A DNA stretch of 32,000 bases from Prevotella phage Lak-A1, in sequence record MK250016.1. One strand, given 5' to 3'. The notes below the pieces were generated by a model. It saw only the letters and a list, made by a program, of their open reading frames with translations. It was not told where the DNA came from and made no database searches. This document shows positions 30,959 through 32,000 of the stretch, in pieces. The position numbers and the translations under genes were made by a program. The stretch's first letter is position 1; each line of letters opens with the position of its first letter.

Positions 30959-31561
30959 TTAAACCTTTGTTCTTTTCTTATTATATGGATCATTCCAAAT
31001 TCCTTTAATAATAAGTTTATCAATATCAATATTAAACTTATTTGCAATATCTTCAAGTGAAATCATGTTAGCTGAATCCGATTCTTTATCTGCTTTAATC
31101 TTCTTTCTAAGAATCTTTTCGGTTTCTTTACGATAATACTCTGCATCGCCAGGGCTATCAAATAACTTAATATCAAAATTAGTTAAATCTGTAACTTCAT
31201 TTATATTCAAAAATTGAAGTTCACTATATATTGATAAACCAGATGTATATCTTATATGAGACCATGCAATATCGAACATTTCTTTTGCAGTTTCAACATA
31301 ATGATACTTATCATTAAAAGATGTATTAATACTAAACAATACATAACAACCTTCATTTGAATTATTATAAATCATCAAAGGAAATACATAATTCATTTGA
31401 ACTTTCTTATCATGTTCACATATACCACATCCCCATATAATTTTTGAATAAGGAAAAATATCATTATTATTTGGCGAACCAATTGCATAATGACGATATG
31501 TAAAATCATCATTAATAAGATACTTATCTAAGTCTTTAATATCTTTAATATTATTAAACAT
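30959..31561 (-). CDS. Hypothetical protein with C-terminal HTH-like segment
   Basis: 200-aa ORF; SLEDIANKFNIDIDKLIIKGIW. Confidence 0.7.
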   Translation of the reverse strand: MFNNIKDIKDLDKYLINDDFTYRHYAIGSPNNNDIFPYSKIIWGCGICEHDKKVQMNYVFPLMIYNNSNEGCYVLFSINTSFNDKYHYVETAKEMFDIAWSHIRYTSGLSIYSELQFLNINEVTDLTNFDIKLFDSPGDAEYYRKETEKILRKKIKADKESDSANMISLEDIANKFNIDIDKLIIKGIWNDPYNKKRTKV

Positions 31562-31631
31562 ATAATTCTTCTTTTATATTAAAACTTTTTTAACTCTTAT
31601 TAGTATAATAATTACTAATGTGTCTTGTTAT

Positions 31632-31979
31632 TTAAATATGGTCAGCAGAATCAAATAATACATTCATATTTTCAATTGAATCAATTATCTTGAAATTAGA
31701 CGTTTCAACTCCTAATGCATCTGCGATCTCTTTAATTGTAAAATAACCTTCTTTTGCTTTTTTAATAGCATTACGTGTATATTCTTCAAATGACTTGCGG
31801 TATGTTTCAGCAATATCAAATGAGTTAAAAATTTTAGCTGGATAATTTTTTGTAAAAAATACGTCGGAAAAATCACATGAATATACACGAGGTGTAAAGA
31901 ATGTACGAATTGTCTTCTTATTCTTACTAAGAATAGAAGGATATATACATTCCAAAACGTGTTTTGGAATTGCATGCAT
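31632..31979 (-). CDS. Hypothetical protein with C-terminal HTH-like segment
   Basis: 115-aa ORF; YFTIKEIADALGVETSNFKIID. Confidence 0.6.
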   Translation of the reverse strand: MHAIPKHVLECIYPSILSKNKKTIRTFFTPRVYSCDFSDVFFTKNYPAKIFNSFDIAETYRKSFEEYTRNAIKKAKEGYFTIKEIADALGVETSNFKIIDSIENMNVLFDSADHI

Positions 31980-32000
31980 ATGATAGTATGGAGTATTAAT

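Noticed and set aside
1-31979. tRNA genes including a suppressor tRNA-CUA, and CRISPR arrays
   Set aside because: No cloverleaf with a convincing GGTTCRANTCC T-arm and no regularly spaced repeat array could be found by eye; tRNAscan-SE/ARAGORN would be decisive.

Overview
This window looks like part of a large tailed phage infecting a Bacteroidota host (crAss-like or Lak/megaphage-type). It appears to read TAG as an amino acid, most likely Gln (translation table 15). All main ORFs whose ends I inspected stop at TAA or TGA. The left 10 kb holds structural-type genes full of in-frame TAGs: a 5'-truncated plus-strand ORF (1-1850), a 615-codon minus ORF (1898-3745), a 2054-aa repeat-rich tape-measure-like ORF (3837-10001), and a recoded lipoprotein (10024-10389). 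From 13 to 32 kb lies a minus-strand accessory or early-type block without internal TAGs. Recognisable products there are ClpP, a Cys-dependent phosphatase, a PseT-like polynucleotide kinase/phosphatase and a DUF488-like protein. Two selfish-type genes in this block are heavily TAG-recoded and so missing from the standard-code ORF track: a complete TnpB (19400-20533, 17 in-frame TAGs) with an omega-RNA-like tail, and a GIY-YIG/T5orf172 nuclease (25632-25955, 5 TAGs). There are also two long ORF-poor regions of about 0.75 and 1.1 kb that look like large structured RNAs. They share a 5' sequence module and each ends in a terminator-like stem. Two promoter classes were also found: TAGAC(T/A)-N17/18-TATAAT, and the Bacteroidota-type TATCTTTG. 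All calls are by eye; no database searches or folding were run.
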